Source: a virus
Taxonomy: Duplodnaviria; Caudoviricetes
IMG/VR virus record: IMGVR_UViG_3300021082_000040
Span: 1-47,348 of that record
Direction: 5' to 3' (one strand)
Length of the DNA stretch: 47,348 nt
The notes under the pieces are model-generated. The model was not told the DNA's origin. It did not search any database and saw only the letters and a program-made list of their open reading frames with translations. Below are positions 16,968 through 27,600 of this stretch, piece after piece (position 1 is the first letter of the stretch; each line of letters opens with the position of its first letter). The position numbers were made by a program, and so were the translations under genes.

Positions 16968-18130
16968 AGTTATTTGTTGAACAGACCGCTGAAACAGCCT
17001 CGCCAGACATTTTTAGGAAGTGGGCTGGAATAGCAGCGATCGCAGGAGCGATGGAAAGAAAGATATGGGTAGTCTCTAGGGGAACGGCACTGTTCCCAAA
17101 CCTTTACGTCATGCTGATCGGACCACCAGGAGTGGGCAAGTCAATCATACTTGCTCGCATCAATCAGCTGTGGGGTTTTCTTCAAGAACATCACAAGGGC
17201 TCGTCTTCACTGACTCGAGCCTCGTTCATTGATGAGCTTGACGGTGCGAAGCGAAAGCAATTGTTTGGTCCTGGACCTTATGAAGATTACAATTCACTGA
17301 CAGCTGCAATCAGCGAGATGGGCGTCCTCTTACCTGCTTACGAGCACGCCTTTATGTCAACTCTCACAGACATCTATGACGGCACTCCTTACTCAGAGAA
17401 AAGACGGACGAAGGAGCTATCAATCACCATCGCCAAGCCTTTTTTTAATCTGGTGTGTGGCTCTACCCCTTCCTACTTGGGCAAATTCATGCCTGAGGGT
17501 GCTTGGGACCAAGGCTTCATCTCCAGAAACATTATGGTCTACTGTGGAATAAGTGAGCCACGCAATCCTTTTGAGTCACCAGCCAAGATCGAGCTAACTG
17601 GTTTAATCAAAGATCTCCGCTTGATTGGCGACCAGCGAGGCGAGCTGATCTTCTCAAAAGAGGCTTCCACCGCCTTGGTAGCTTGGGTTCTCAGCGGTGG
17701 TCCCCCCACTCCTGACCATCCCCGTCTGGCCTCCTACATTCCCCGACGTACCGCTCACCTCTTGAAGTTGTGCATGGTGTGTGCGGTAGCCTGGGGTGCT
17801 TCGCAGGTGATAGAAATCCAGCATTACCAAGAGGCTCTCGGATGGTTGCTCGAGGCCGAGGCTTTGATGCCCGACATCTTTAGGGCCATGCTCAAGGGCG
17901 GGGATTCTCAAGCGCTCCAAGACTGTTGGCACTTTATTTGGAAGATGAATGGGCGGACGGGTCAACCAGTTATGGAGAGTGTGGTAGCCCTCTTTTTGAG
18001 CGAGCGCGTCCCTGCTCATAACGTCGAGAAGCTTATGCAGCTCATGGTCCGGACTGGTCATGTCGAGCACATCCTCACTCCTAGTGGACACAGAGCATTC
18101 AAGCCCTTGCCCAAACCACAGGACTTCTAA
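16937..18130 (+). CDS. DUF3987/YfjI-like P-loop protein, putative replicative helicase
   Basis: FPNLYVMLIGPPGVGKS, GFISR; directly follows the polymerase. Confidence 0.7.
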   Translation: MENGRGRSWIELFVEQTAETASPDIFRKWAGIAAIAGAMERKIWVVSRGTALFPNLYVMLIGPPGVGKSIILARINQLWGFLQEHHKGSSSLTRASFIDELDGAKRKQLFGPGPYEDYNSLTAAISEMGVLLPAYEHAFMSTLTDIYDGTPYSEKRRTKELSITIAKPFFNLVCGSTPSYLGKFMPEGAWDQGFISRNIMVYCGISEPRNPFESPAKIELTGLIKDLRLIGDQRGELIFSKEASTALVAWVLSGGPPTPDHPRLASYIPRRTAHLLKLCMVCAVAWGASQVIEIQHYQEALGWLLEAEALMPDIFRAMLKGGDSQALQDCWHFIWKMNGRTGQPVMESVVALFLSERVPAHNVEKLMQLMVRTGHVEHILTPSGHRAFKPLPKPQDF

Positions 18131-18528
18131 ACCCACAGATCGTTCGCTTCGAGATCAATAAGTCTCTGTGTCATCTGCTGATCAATGAAGCGGCCGTAGT
18201 CAGCAGCACTTTCGATGACCTCTGGATAAAACGCTTCTTGATTGATGATCTCAACTGGTTGAACAAGGGGGACTACGCGCTGAACGCGGACTCGCCAGCC
18301 GGGAGGAACCGGGTTGCCCGAAAGGGGATAGGCGACGTAGCCACCAGTCGGAGAGCCTATCCCCACCACCTGATAATCAGCAGGCGCGATGTTGTTCAGC
18401 GCTCCGGTTGCGTCTTTGGTCTTGAGTTGAAGATGACTCAAGTCCATTATTGGGAAGTCGAACGCCCACTGAGTTGTCGCGCCGTTACCTAAGTAAGTGG
18501 CGGCTGATGATTGAGTGGATAGAGTCAT
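18127..18528 (-). CDS. stand-alone T7-type tail fibre N-terminal (adaptor) domain
   Basis: YLGNGATTQWAFDFPI...VRVQRVVP..Q...E..AD....QQ; only 133 aa. Confidence 0.8.
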   Translation of the reverse strand: MTLSTQSSAATYLGNGATTQWAFDFPIMDLSHLQLKTKDATGALNNIAPADYQVVGIGSPTGGYVAYPLSGNPVPPGWRVRVQRVVPLVQPVEIINQEAFYPEVIESAADYGRFIDQQMTQRLIDLEANDLWV

Positions 18529-18541
18529 TTATCACCTCTGA

Positions 18542-18572
18542 TATGGCTGGATAAATGGTTTATCCAACCCTC
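18542..18572. repeat. 31-bp palindrome, copy 3
   Basis: TATGGCTGGATAAAT-G-GTTTATCCAACCCTC, fills the intergenic gap. Confidence 0.85.
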
Positions 18573-18575
18573 TCT

Positions 18576-21500
18576 TTACCTGTAACGCATTTCATCTGCT
18601 GTGAGCGGCCGTGTCCCACTCGTGCTTCGTCTTGAGCCAATCGGCGTCGAGCGACCATAAACAATCAAGCGCCTCCACTCCGTGAAGTTCCTCGGAGGCG
18701 GCACTTCCCCTCTTTGTATTCGCTGTGCTTCTTCAGCCCAACGTCCCATCTGCTTCGACGTCAGTTTAACTCCAGCAAAAACCCCGAGAAGCTCGAACGA
18801 TGTTTGAAGTGGTGGTATCCAAGTTTCCATCTTACTTGCATCAATCTTCGTTGCATACTTCTTAACATCCCGCATCCATCTTCTCGGCACATCAAGCGCT
18901 GCCGTCAGTGGAATGCTCGCCCTTGCGTACTCTCCGTGAAGCAAAGCGTAAGAAGCCTCTTTAACGAATGGGACGAAAGTTGTTCCTAACCCTGCTAACT
19001 CTTTAACGGCCGTCACTCCCCAAGGATCATCTTTATGTGGCTCACCTCTAATTATCGAGTGAATAAAGGCGAGCGCTCCTACATAAAACACCCCTGCCGA
19101 AAATGCAGTGAAACCTGCTCCTCCCATCGACTTTCCCATCTCACTAAAGGTTTGCATCGTCTCTTTCGCAGCACGATCAGCAAACGCTTGTTTAACATCT
19201 CTCACATCTTCCGCAACCTTGAAGCCTTTGACATGCAGCTGGTTGACGACGTGGTTGAAGAAGCCATAGAACTGAGCAAAGGGACGTAGGGACTTGTCGA
19301 TGTTGAACTGTGATTTGTCCATCAAATTCGAGGAGTTATGAGCTAGACGAACAAGCTTATCTCCATAAAGCGCCGCATCAGTATGACTCATTCCTTCCCG
19401 TTCACCCTTTAAGTAACCGGCCCACCAAGCAACTGTTGCCGTCATATAGTCTGTGTAAGCGATCTGCAGTTGCCCTGCATACTCGCTGTTGTGTTGGAAT
19501 GACTCCCAATTCCCCCACTGTCCAAGTGAGTAAGCAATGTCCCTTTTCTTGTCCTTCATACGAGTCGATAGCTCAGCTGAGTTCTCAAGCGCAAAGCCCG
19601 TCATCTGATCCCAATTACTCTTCGACCTCGAGATCGTTCCCCAGGCATCCATTAGCTGAGAGTCACCAACTGCCAGCTTAATAGCCCTAAACGTGTCAAG
19701 CCCTGCTTCGCCGATAGTGTTCATCATCGCAGTTGGACTGTGGACAAGCATGGTTCCCGGATTAAAGCCAATCACATTCGAGATTGTATTCGACTGTAGC
19801 TTCCCCATCCACCAGCGGAAAGCGTTCGCTTGGACAAGATCTGCTCTCCCTCCATCGCTCGCCATTCCAGCAAGCCAAGGCTTGAAAAGATCGGCTTGAC
19901 CTTTGCCGAAGGCCTTAAACACAGTATCATAAAAGTTCTTATCATTGATTATTTTCGCTGCATTCTGTACCGCCTCCCTATGCGTCAGCTCATGAATGTC
20001 TTCCTTAATCCTGTTCGGCAGCTCATCAAAGTTCAGCGTCAGTAAAATGTTCTTGCCTTCTCGCTGCTCTTTGGCAGTTTGCCTGTGTGAGTTGGCTGGC
20101 AGTGGATCGAAAACTCTATTGTCAATCAAGCCACCAACTTCACTCGACTTCAGCCCCTCAATCCCTTCTTCTCTCAGCTTCATTATCGGGAAGTAGCCGC
20201 CCTTTCGATTAACTCCATGCGCGTCGATGAAGCCGACTGGCTCAGGATACTCCATCCCGAACCCTCGAGTCCGTTGATACACTCCATCTCTAATCGGGTT
20301 CAGTTTCTTCTCATACATCTCCCAGATATTGCTAACGAAGTCCCAATTCTCTTTTGTCATGTTCTTCGCAAGCCAAGACCCTATTGTCGTCTTGTCTGAG
20401 TTCAGTGAGTTCGCCATCATATCTTGATTATGGGCGTTCCCCCAGTTAAGCGCCACCATAAGCATTTCATCTCGCCTAAACTCTCTCGGCTTCCCGTTCG
20501 GCGCTATGATCGAGTCATTCGGGACTGTTCGCTTCAGTGTATCTACTTTCGCTCCCTTAACTCCAGCCCACTCCCCATGATCCACTGTCTTCAAGTACTT
20601 CGCAACATCAGCCGTTACTTCATTTTTCCACTTTTGAGCAAGCTTAAGTGGCTTAATCAAAACTCTGTTCATAATCCCGTCAGGGTCAAGTCGATCAATC
20701 TTCATCGTGACCGTCTCAACCCTTAACAAGTTCGCGATCGACCCACGCCACTTTGCAGCAATCCCTCTTTCTGGCTGGATGGGATCACCATACTTCTCAT
20801 AACCGCGCGCCTCAGCCAAGTCAGCGACTTGCGCCTTCACTGTATCAAGCACCTGACCAAGCTCTAACTGTTGTCCTTTCTCACCAACAAGCTTTTCGTT
20901 CTTTCCAACAAACTCCATCGCTCTTAGTGTGTCATTAAACTCTTTGAAGTTCCCAACATTCATCTGACTCAAGTCTTGGAGCCGTTCAACCTTTTGTCCT
21001 AAGTATGTCGGCGTCGGAATAGTGTCAGCATTGTTAAGCTCATTCCGATCCTGAATCCACTTTCCAAGATCAGGCTCCTTAAGCGCACCAATATCCTTCT
21101 CAAGTACTCGCAGTCCACGAGCGCCTGGATCAAGCCCTGACATCGCGATCAACTGGAGCATTCGCGTGTTAGTGTCAGGATCAAAGTCCTTAGCCCTCGC
21201 AATGTTCGTCACTTTGTTAACCAGGCGTTGACTAAGTATCACCTCCCTCTTATGCTCTTGTCCCCACTTCGCCATCATCGCAGACTGCATTTGCAGCCGC
21301 TTTTCATTCAGGGCCGTCAACAAGTCTCCCGCATCCTTTGCCTCTTTCGACAAGCGCCCATGTCGCCCAGCATTCTGTTGATAAGTCTTGGTATCCATCG
21401 CTTGAGCGTTCGTCATCTCCCTCATGCTCGAGTCGACGATCTTCTTCATATCAGGCAGTTGAATTAAATCCGAGCCGGTCATCTGTGACAGTGAATCAAG

Positions 21501-24500
21501 CTCGTTCTTGAGCACCCGCTCTTGAGCGATATTCCAGGCGGCTCCAATAACTTGATTGTCAATGATGGTCTGGAGATTACCGTGCTCCTCCATCATCCGT
21601 TGATTAAGCTCTTCCTCAACCAGTCGATTGAAATGTTGCTCGTGCGTTTCTTTGTTCGTCTTGAGATCGGCCCGATACCTCATCAAATCGAGTATCATAT
21701 CAGTGCCAGTTGAGTAACCGAAGGCCTCCGCGAACATATCAGATGAACCAACATTCGGTGAGTCTTCTTTGGCCCACCTCATCCCTTGCATCAGCACACT
21801 CTTACTTAAGTACTTGGTTTTGATCCCCATCGCTGTCAGTTCTTCCGCGGTGAAGATCGAGTCTACATCCCTCCTCGTCATCTGGAGATCAGTCACTTCA
21901 TCGGCGAGTGCTCGTGAACGGCCGGTCCTGAAGTACTCGTCAGCGATGATCACTGGAGTATTAGCTACAGTCTCTTCAGCTTCCGGCCTCATCTTCGCCT
22001 TTTGATCCGCCCAGCGTTTCGTCTCCTTCATCTCCGTCACTTCACGAGCGGCCTCAAAAACAGCTTCGCTCATTGCCGCTTGAACATCTTGAATATGCTG
22101 TTCATAGGCAGCACGACCAGCTGGAGTCATGCCTTCTCCATTCTCAAACAATGGAGTGAAGGCCATCACATAACGAGACTCATCAAGCGCCCGAGCAGTT
22201 GCCCTTGCCACCATCTGCGCGTCTTTGTCCGACAGTCCATTAACAACAGCAGCTGTATTCTCCTTGATCAGACGCGTCCCGAGCGCCGCCAGTGCTGCGT
22301 CAGCCTGAGCCTTAATAGCTTCAATAGCTTTCGGCTCAGTAATATTCGTGATCTTCGCTTCTTCGTCAATGAAGTTATGCAACTCCGCTTTGTTGCCTGG
22401 CGATCGGGAGAGGGCTCGACCAAGAATGGCCTCCTCTATGTTGTCAGGAAGCTCTGCATCCATCAAAGTTCGGAGATGGTCAATCAGCGTCTTCGACTCG
22501 GCCTTACCAATCTCCACAGTCAGATTGACTTCACTGTCCGCCTTCGGTGACGGCTGGATTGTTGAAGCGTCTTGTGTCTGCGGTCGCCCACTCGTGTCCT
22601 CTGTAATCACTTTTGCGTCGACAGAGAGCGCCTCGGGCGTCGGCGACACTTGCGCCTCTTGCAGTGGCTTCCGCTTAATCATCAACAAGTTCTTGAGATT
22701 TTCTCTCTGTACCCAAACATCAAACTGTTCAGCGGTTGGCAACTGTCTTCGACCAAGGAAGCGGTCAATCAAGCTTTGTGCTTTCTCAGCAGCGGCCGGA
22801 GGAACATTGAGCTGCTCCGTCGCCTGTTGAACAGCTTGCTTAACGGCTGGCTCCACTTCCTTCGAGTCAATCCCAAAGATCTCTCTAATCAAGTCCACAT
22901 CAGGAATGTTCTCCTTTGGCGGGATCGGCACTCCTGACTCTTGATCAGCCTTTATTTGCGCCGCCCGCTCCATCTCCTTCTGTTGACGCTGGATCTCAGC
23001 TTGTTGAACCTTGAGCGCCTCCGCTGGATTCAACTCAGACGAGCCGAAGCGGACCCCATCTCTTATCTGTGGATAAAGCGTCGGGTCAAGATGAGCAACA
23101 AGCTTGCTCTGGTTGACCTGTATCTCGGTCCCAAGATAATTCGCGTTGGCTATCTGAACTTCGAGGTTAGGAATGAAGCCAAACTTATCCTTGAACTGTG
23201 TGACTATGCTTGGATCGAGGAAGAGCACTGGATCGGGGCTTTGTCGTGCAAGCACGTTCTCGAATTGTTCAGGTGACCGTTCCTTAGTCAAGCTCGCCTG
23301 AGCGTTAGTCATCAAATCATCGAGTCGTGCTTGATTGCCTTGTGCTCGAGTGGCTGCAATCTGATCGCCTGTTCTTGATCCTCTTGCATGAAGGGCAGCG
23401 GACGGCCCTGAAAGAATGCTCGTCAACACAAGGCCGTCGATGAAGCTTTGTGCGACCTCGCCAGCGAACTTCATCCGCTCGCCGTTGTCATTCAAGATTG
23501 TCTTCAGGTCACGAGTCCCAGCAACCTTTGCAATCTGTTCACCAAGCTGTTCGGCGACCGTTTGCATAGCATTGATACCGCCTCCTAAAGCAGTATCCTT
23601 CGCAAACTCACCAAGAATCTGTTTGATCCCCGCCTTACCAATCTCATTGGCAGTGACATTCTTGACAATTTGCATCGTCAAGTCTTGGACAAGCGCCCCT
23701 CCCGCCGCTTCAAGCACACCAACAGCCAACCCTGCACCACCAGCAATTATTTGCTTGTTCGACTTTGACAAGCCCTCGATGTCTTCGATAGCAAGATAGA
23801 CGTTGCCCGCTGACGTTTGAGCAGAAAGCGTTGCAAAGCCCTGTGCAAGTCCAGCGGCGAAGCCGATCCCCATACCTGTGCCAGCACCGACAGGGCCTCC
23901 GATCGCTCCAAAAGTCCCCATCATCACCGAGCCAGCAGTCGCTTGCGTCGCAAGATGCTCCTTCCCCTCCCACATCTGACCAGCAAAGCCACCGATCAAG
24001 TTCTTTAGATAATTGACCACTCCGTTCGACTCAGGCCTATTCATCAACTCCTTTTGAAGTGCCTGGATTTGAGGCCTTAAGACAGCTTCTTCCTCTGGAC
24101 TTGCTCCCTGTAGCTTGGCTCCGAGTAAGCCGAGCCTCGTCGCCACCATTCCATAGTGCGCTGCCGAAGAGAAGTCAACATCGTGGCTGTCAGGAAGGCT
24201 TGGCTTGATTGGAGGGCTTGCCGGTCCAAAAGTAGGTTCGGCTCCTTCCGCTTTCGCCGTCGAGATTGGATTAAGGTTCTCTCCTGCCCAAGCCCAAGCG
24301 TTTGCAATTCCCTTCGTGATCTTATCAAGTGTCCCTAGATCATCGTGACTTACTCGGGCCGCCATTGGATCTGAGTTAATGTAATCTCGAACCGCCTTAT
24401 TCGAGTTAACGATATTGATATTCTCGCCGATCTTAAGATCACTCTCCCAAGAAGGGTAGTCAACGTCAACAAGCGCTGGATCGACCTTATACTTTTTTGC

Positions 24501-24680
24501 GAGCTGAAACGATTTTCCTGCCGCTTCTGGATCGGCGTCGGCATTGCCGAGCAGTGCTCTTGCCCCACGCTTCTTCTTATCTTGTTCACTTTCCTCGAAT
24601 GGATTTTCCTCAAGAGGTTCGCTCTTGGCTGGCTCCGTTCCAGTCTCTGTCAAGTCAAAAATATCGGTTACGGCTGCCAT
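18576..24680 (-). CDS. giant internal virion / DNA ejection protein (2034 aa)
   Basis: Size, helical composition, Gly/Ala hydrophobic segments; last gene of the ejection cluster. Confidence 0.75.
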   Translation of the reverse strand: MAAVTDIFDLTETGTEPAKSEPLEENPFEESEQDKKKRGARALLGNADADPEAAGKSFQLAKKYKVDPALVDVDYPSWESDLKIGENINIVNSNKAVRDYINSDPMAARVSHDDLGTLDKITKGIANAWAWAGENLNPISTAKAEGAEPTFGPASPPIKPSLPDSHDVDFSSAAHYGMVATRLGLLGAKLQGASPEEEAVLRPQIQALQKELMNRPESNGVVNYLKNLIGGFAGQMWEGKEHLATQATAGSVMMGTFGAIGGPVGAGTGMGIGFAAGLAQGFATLSAQTSAGNVYLAIEDIEGLSKSNKQIIAGGAGLAVGVLEAAGGALVQDLTMQIVKNVTANEIGKAGIKQILGEFAKDTALGGGINAMQTVAEQLGEQIAKVAGTRDLKTILNDNGERMKFAGEVAQSFIDGLVLTSILSGPSAALHARGSRTGDQIAATRAQGNQARLDDLMTNAQASLTKERSPEQFENVLARQSPDPVLFLDPSIVTQFKDKFGFIPNLEVQIANANYLGTEIQVNQSKLVAHLDPTLYPQIRDGVRFGSSELNPAEALKVQQAEIQRQQKEMERAAQIKADQESGVPIPPKENIPDVDLIREIFGIDSKEVEPAVKQAVQQATEQLNVPPAAAEKAQSLIDRFLGRRQLPTAEQFDVWVQRENLKNLLMIKRKPLQEAQVSPTPEALSVDAKVITEDTSGRPQTQDASTIQPSPKADSEVNLTVEIGKAESKTLIDHLRTLMDAELPDNIEEAILGRALSRSPGNKAELHNFIDEEAKITNITEPKAIEAIKAQADAALAALGTRLIKENTAAVVNGLSDKDAQMVARATARALDESRYVMAFTPLFENGEGMTPAGRAAYEQHIQDVQAAMSEAVFEAAREVTEMKETKRWADQKAKMRPEAEETVANTPVIIADEYFRTGRSRALADEVTDLQMTRRDVDSIFTAEELTAMGIKTKYLSKSVLMQGMRWAKEDSPNVGSSDMFAEAFGYSTGTDMILDLMRYRADLKTNKETHEQHFNRLVEEELNQRMMEEHGNLQTIIDNQVIGAAWNIAQERVLKNELDSLSQMTGSDLIQLPDMKKIVDSSMREMTNAQAMDTKTYQQNAGRHGRLSKEAKDAGDLLTALNEKRLQMQSAMMAKWGQEHKREVILSQRLVNKVTNIARAKDFDPDTNTRMLQLIAMSGLDPGARGLRVLEKDIGALKEPDLGKWIQDRNELNNADTIPTPTYLGQKVERLQDLSQMNVGNFKEFNDTLRAMEFVGKNEKLVGEKGQQLELGQVLDTVKAQVADLAEARGYEKYGDPIQPERGIAAKWRGSIANLLRVETVTMKIDRLDPDGIMNRVLIKPLKLAQKWKNEVTADVAKYLKTVDHGEWAGVKGAKVDTLKRTVPNDSIIAPNGKPREFRRDEMLMVALNWGNAHNQDMMANSLNSDKTTIGSWLAKNMTKENWDFVSNIWEMYEKKLNPIRDGVYQRTRGFGMEYPEPVGFIDAHGVNRKGGYFPIMKLREEGIEGLKSSEVGGLIDNRVFDPLPANSHRQTAKEQREGKNILLTLNFDELPNRIKEDIHELTHREAVQNAAKIINDKNFYDTVFKAFGKGQADLFKPWLAGMASDGGRADLVQANAFRWWMGKLQSNTISNVIGFNPGTMLVHSPTAMMNTIGEAGLDTFRAIKLAVGDSQLMDAWGTISRSKSNWDQMTGFALENSAELSTRMKDKKRDIAYSLGQWGNWESFQHNSEYAGQLQIAYTDYMTATVAWWAGYLKGEREGMSHTDAALYGDKLVRLAHNSSNLMDKSQFNIDKSLRPFAQFYGFFNHVVNQLHVKGFKVAEDVRDVKQAFADRAAKETMQTFSEMGKSMGGAGFTAFSAGVFYVGALAFIHSIIRGEPHKDDPWGVTAVKELAGLGTTFVPFVKEASYALLHGEYARASIPLTAALDVPRRWMRDVKKYATKIDASKMETWIPPLQTSFELLGVFAGVKLTSKQMGRWAEEAQRIQRGEVPPPRNFTEWRRLIVYGRSTPIGSRRSTSGTRPLTADEMRYR

Positions 24681-27600
24681 GATCCCGATCTCTTGTTAAC
24701 AGAGTTCCGCCAATGCCAAACCGCTTCTGGTGGAATGTCATCAACTGTCGCAGCTGGCCTACTCGGATTCCGCTCATTCCACTGATTAACAACTTGATTA
24801 GACTCTTGAACCGACAGTGGCGTTTTGAAGAATGGCTTTGACGGAACTTCTCTCTTACCACCGTACCAAGTTTTTTCAGGCGGTTGATCTATCTTCCTAA
24901 TCAAACTATTTACCATCAAGTTAATATCTTCCTGCTTTGGCCCTCCTTTTCCTGGATTAGACTCCTGCCAGTAACGCAGTTGACCAGTAAACTTGGCTCT
25001 AAACTCTTTGTAATCAGGCCCTTCAACGTCTTTCCCCTTTTCATTCTTCTCGAAGAGTCCGGCTCGTTTAAGCTGCCACTCAACGTCAGGACTTGAGAGG
25101 ATTTTATCAACTCGTTGAGCCTCCATCGTACTCGCCCCACCTCCCTTCAGCACATCTTCCCTAAGCTTCATCACCCTTGCTCTCAGCTGCGGATGAATCT
25201 TGCTCATATCAATGTTCTCGAGCATCGAGGGGTCGTGAGGAGCGTTCGCGACGAGGTTGTCCCAATTATCAAGCTGTTCTGATGAAACAGGCCCCCACGC
25301 TTCAGTTGCATTCTTCTGAATATGCGCTCGCATCGTTGCTTGCTCTGGTCCAGACAAGCGCTGGAACTTCTCGAGCTTTTTCGGATCGTCCGTTATCGCT
25401 GAGAAGTCCTTAATTCCCTCTTCTTTCCCATCTCCATAGACAAGCCTTCCCATCTCGTCTTTCGCGTTCTTATCTAGCTCGTTTTCAGTCCGCTTCATCG
25501 TCGCAAACTGTGATCGGGCTTGTGCAGCGATGTTCTCTCCATAAGACTCGTCGTGACCAAGCGCTCTCGCCTCATCTTTCATGTTCTTGATGCGGGCCTC
25601 GAGATCGGCGTCCGTTGACTTGGCTGTAAGCGGTCCATCCATCTGTGGAGCGCGTGGGGCGTTGACTGTTGCTTGTGCAAAGCGTGTCCCAGCCGTTGCT
25701 TCAGGTGGTGGAGCGTCACTCATCGTCGCTCCGCCGTGATAAGCGGCCAAACGGACAGGTCCAGACCCGTCTATCCGATCACTTCCGCCGCCACGAGCAA
25801 TTCCAGGCGTTATTCCAGCCTCTTTAAGTCCTTCCTCAACTGCCGCCAACTCTTTTGCAGTTGACTGTCTCGAATAAACACCAAGTCCTTGTCCAATCTC
25901 CCCCGAAGCTCCAGTGATCCCCACATGAACCTTCAAATTATCACTCATATAACCAGTGCCTGTCCCTCCAGCTCCTCTCTTCGCTGCCTCTTTCAAAAAC
26001 GCCAGCCGCCGCGGATCATTTCGATCAGTTATATTCCGCCCATTCTCATCAAGTATATCAATATCAGCTGCTCGACCGTCATCATGTCTGTGTGAACCAG
26101 TCCAACCTCCAGGTTGATCCTTCCTGCTTGGATTTCGATCACTCGTTTGGCCTCCAGACGTCACTCGAATGAACACTCCTGCCGCCGCAGCAGCATCTTC
26201 AATCGCACTATTCAACTGTGGATGAAGATCTTTATCTCTAGTATGCCCTTTTTGTGCAAGAATGAGCCTCGACCCCGCCTTAGGCTTTACAGTCAAGTCA
26301 CCTGTTTGCTGTGCCTTCGAATAAGCAATGATCGACCGTTCCTTAAGTGGAGTTGGTTTGTTGTCCTCTTCTTCAAAATCAACAGGATTTTCGTGATGAA
26401 TGTCCTCTCCAACTTTAACAGGCCTCGCATCGTTCGCCACACCTTGATAACCAGTAATCCCAACTGCTTTCGCCCCATTCCAAGGCTTCCAGCCAAGCTC
26501 AATCACTTTATTCAGTGCATAATCAACTGTCGCTTGCCAGTTCTTTGGATCACTCGGATCAAGTCCAGTCTCTTTTTGGAACTCGTTTCCTAATCCACCT
26601 CCGGTATACAGCTGAAACGGTCCCCAAGAGTTCTCACCAGGGATCGAAGACTTATAACCGGCCGAACCCTCGCTGTGATAAACGCGCAACGCAGTCCCAG
26701 GATCAATTCCTCTTGCCCTCGCAGCATTTACAACATAGTGCTCAACTTCAGCACTACCTGCTGTATATCCAGGGATCGCGTGGTTTGGAGTCCCTGTTGG
26801 TCCAACAGCATACGTTCGCCTTGCCGCGCTTATCTCCGTCTCTTCAGGCGGATACTCACGTTCCGTAACTTTATGTCGATCAGGTGCTGTTGCAGGCGGC
26901 TTCGCACCTGGCTTTGTCTCAGGCTTCGTCTCCGGCTTTGTCTCTGCTCCAGGCCCATACTTCTGTTCTTGACGCTTATGAAGCGCCTCTGCGTAAGCGT
27001 CGGCATCTTCAGGTGTATTGAATTTGCCTAGATGTTCTCCAGTCTTTTTATAGTGCTTAACGGCCTCTTCTTGTGAAACCTCTTTCCCATTGATAATCGT
27101 CGGGAGCAGCACTTCCTTTCCGTCGATGTTAGTCGAGAACGATTTTTCAGTGCTGAACGAGCCATCAGCGTTCTTCAGCACTTTCCGCTTATCAATATCA
27201 ATGTTTCCCTTTTCAGCCAAGCCAGTCGGTTTCTTAAGTGGCTCCTCAAGATCAGCTGCCGCGACCTTCTTCTCTTCTTTCGGAGCTTCTGTCTTCGGCC
27301 CCGTCGCTGGAAGCGGGACACGAAGCTTAAGCGGTCCAGTCGGATCAGGCGGCCTTGGAGGAATTGGCCTCCGCTCCTCCAGCTTAGGCTTTGTACCATT
27401 GATTAAGTCAGAACCTTTGGCAGCCGTATCTTTTCCCGCAAAGCCCTTCGAGATCGCGTCTTCCGCTGCCTTGAAAGCGCCTGGATGAAGCTTCAGCACC
27501 TCTTGATTTTGGTCAAAATACTTCTGTGCTGTATCTGGATAATGCTTTGCTACGTTCCCAATGAAGGCCGAAGCTGTCTGTGCTCGCCGGTCATTCGCAA

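Noticed and set aside
18576-24680. Virion RNA polymerase in the 2034-aa protein
   Set aside because: No recognisable RNAP catalytic motifs; position fits an ejection protein.
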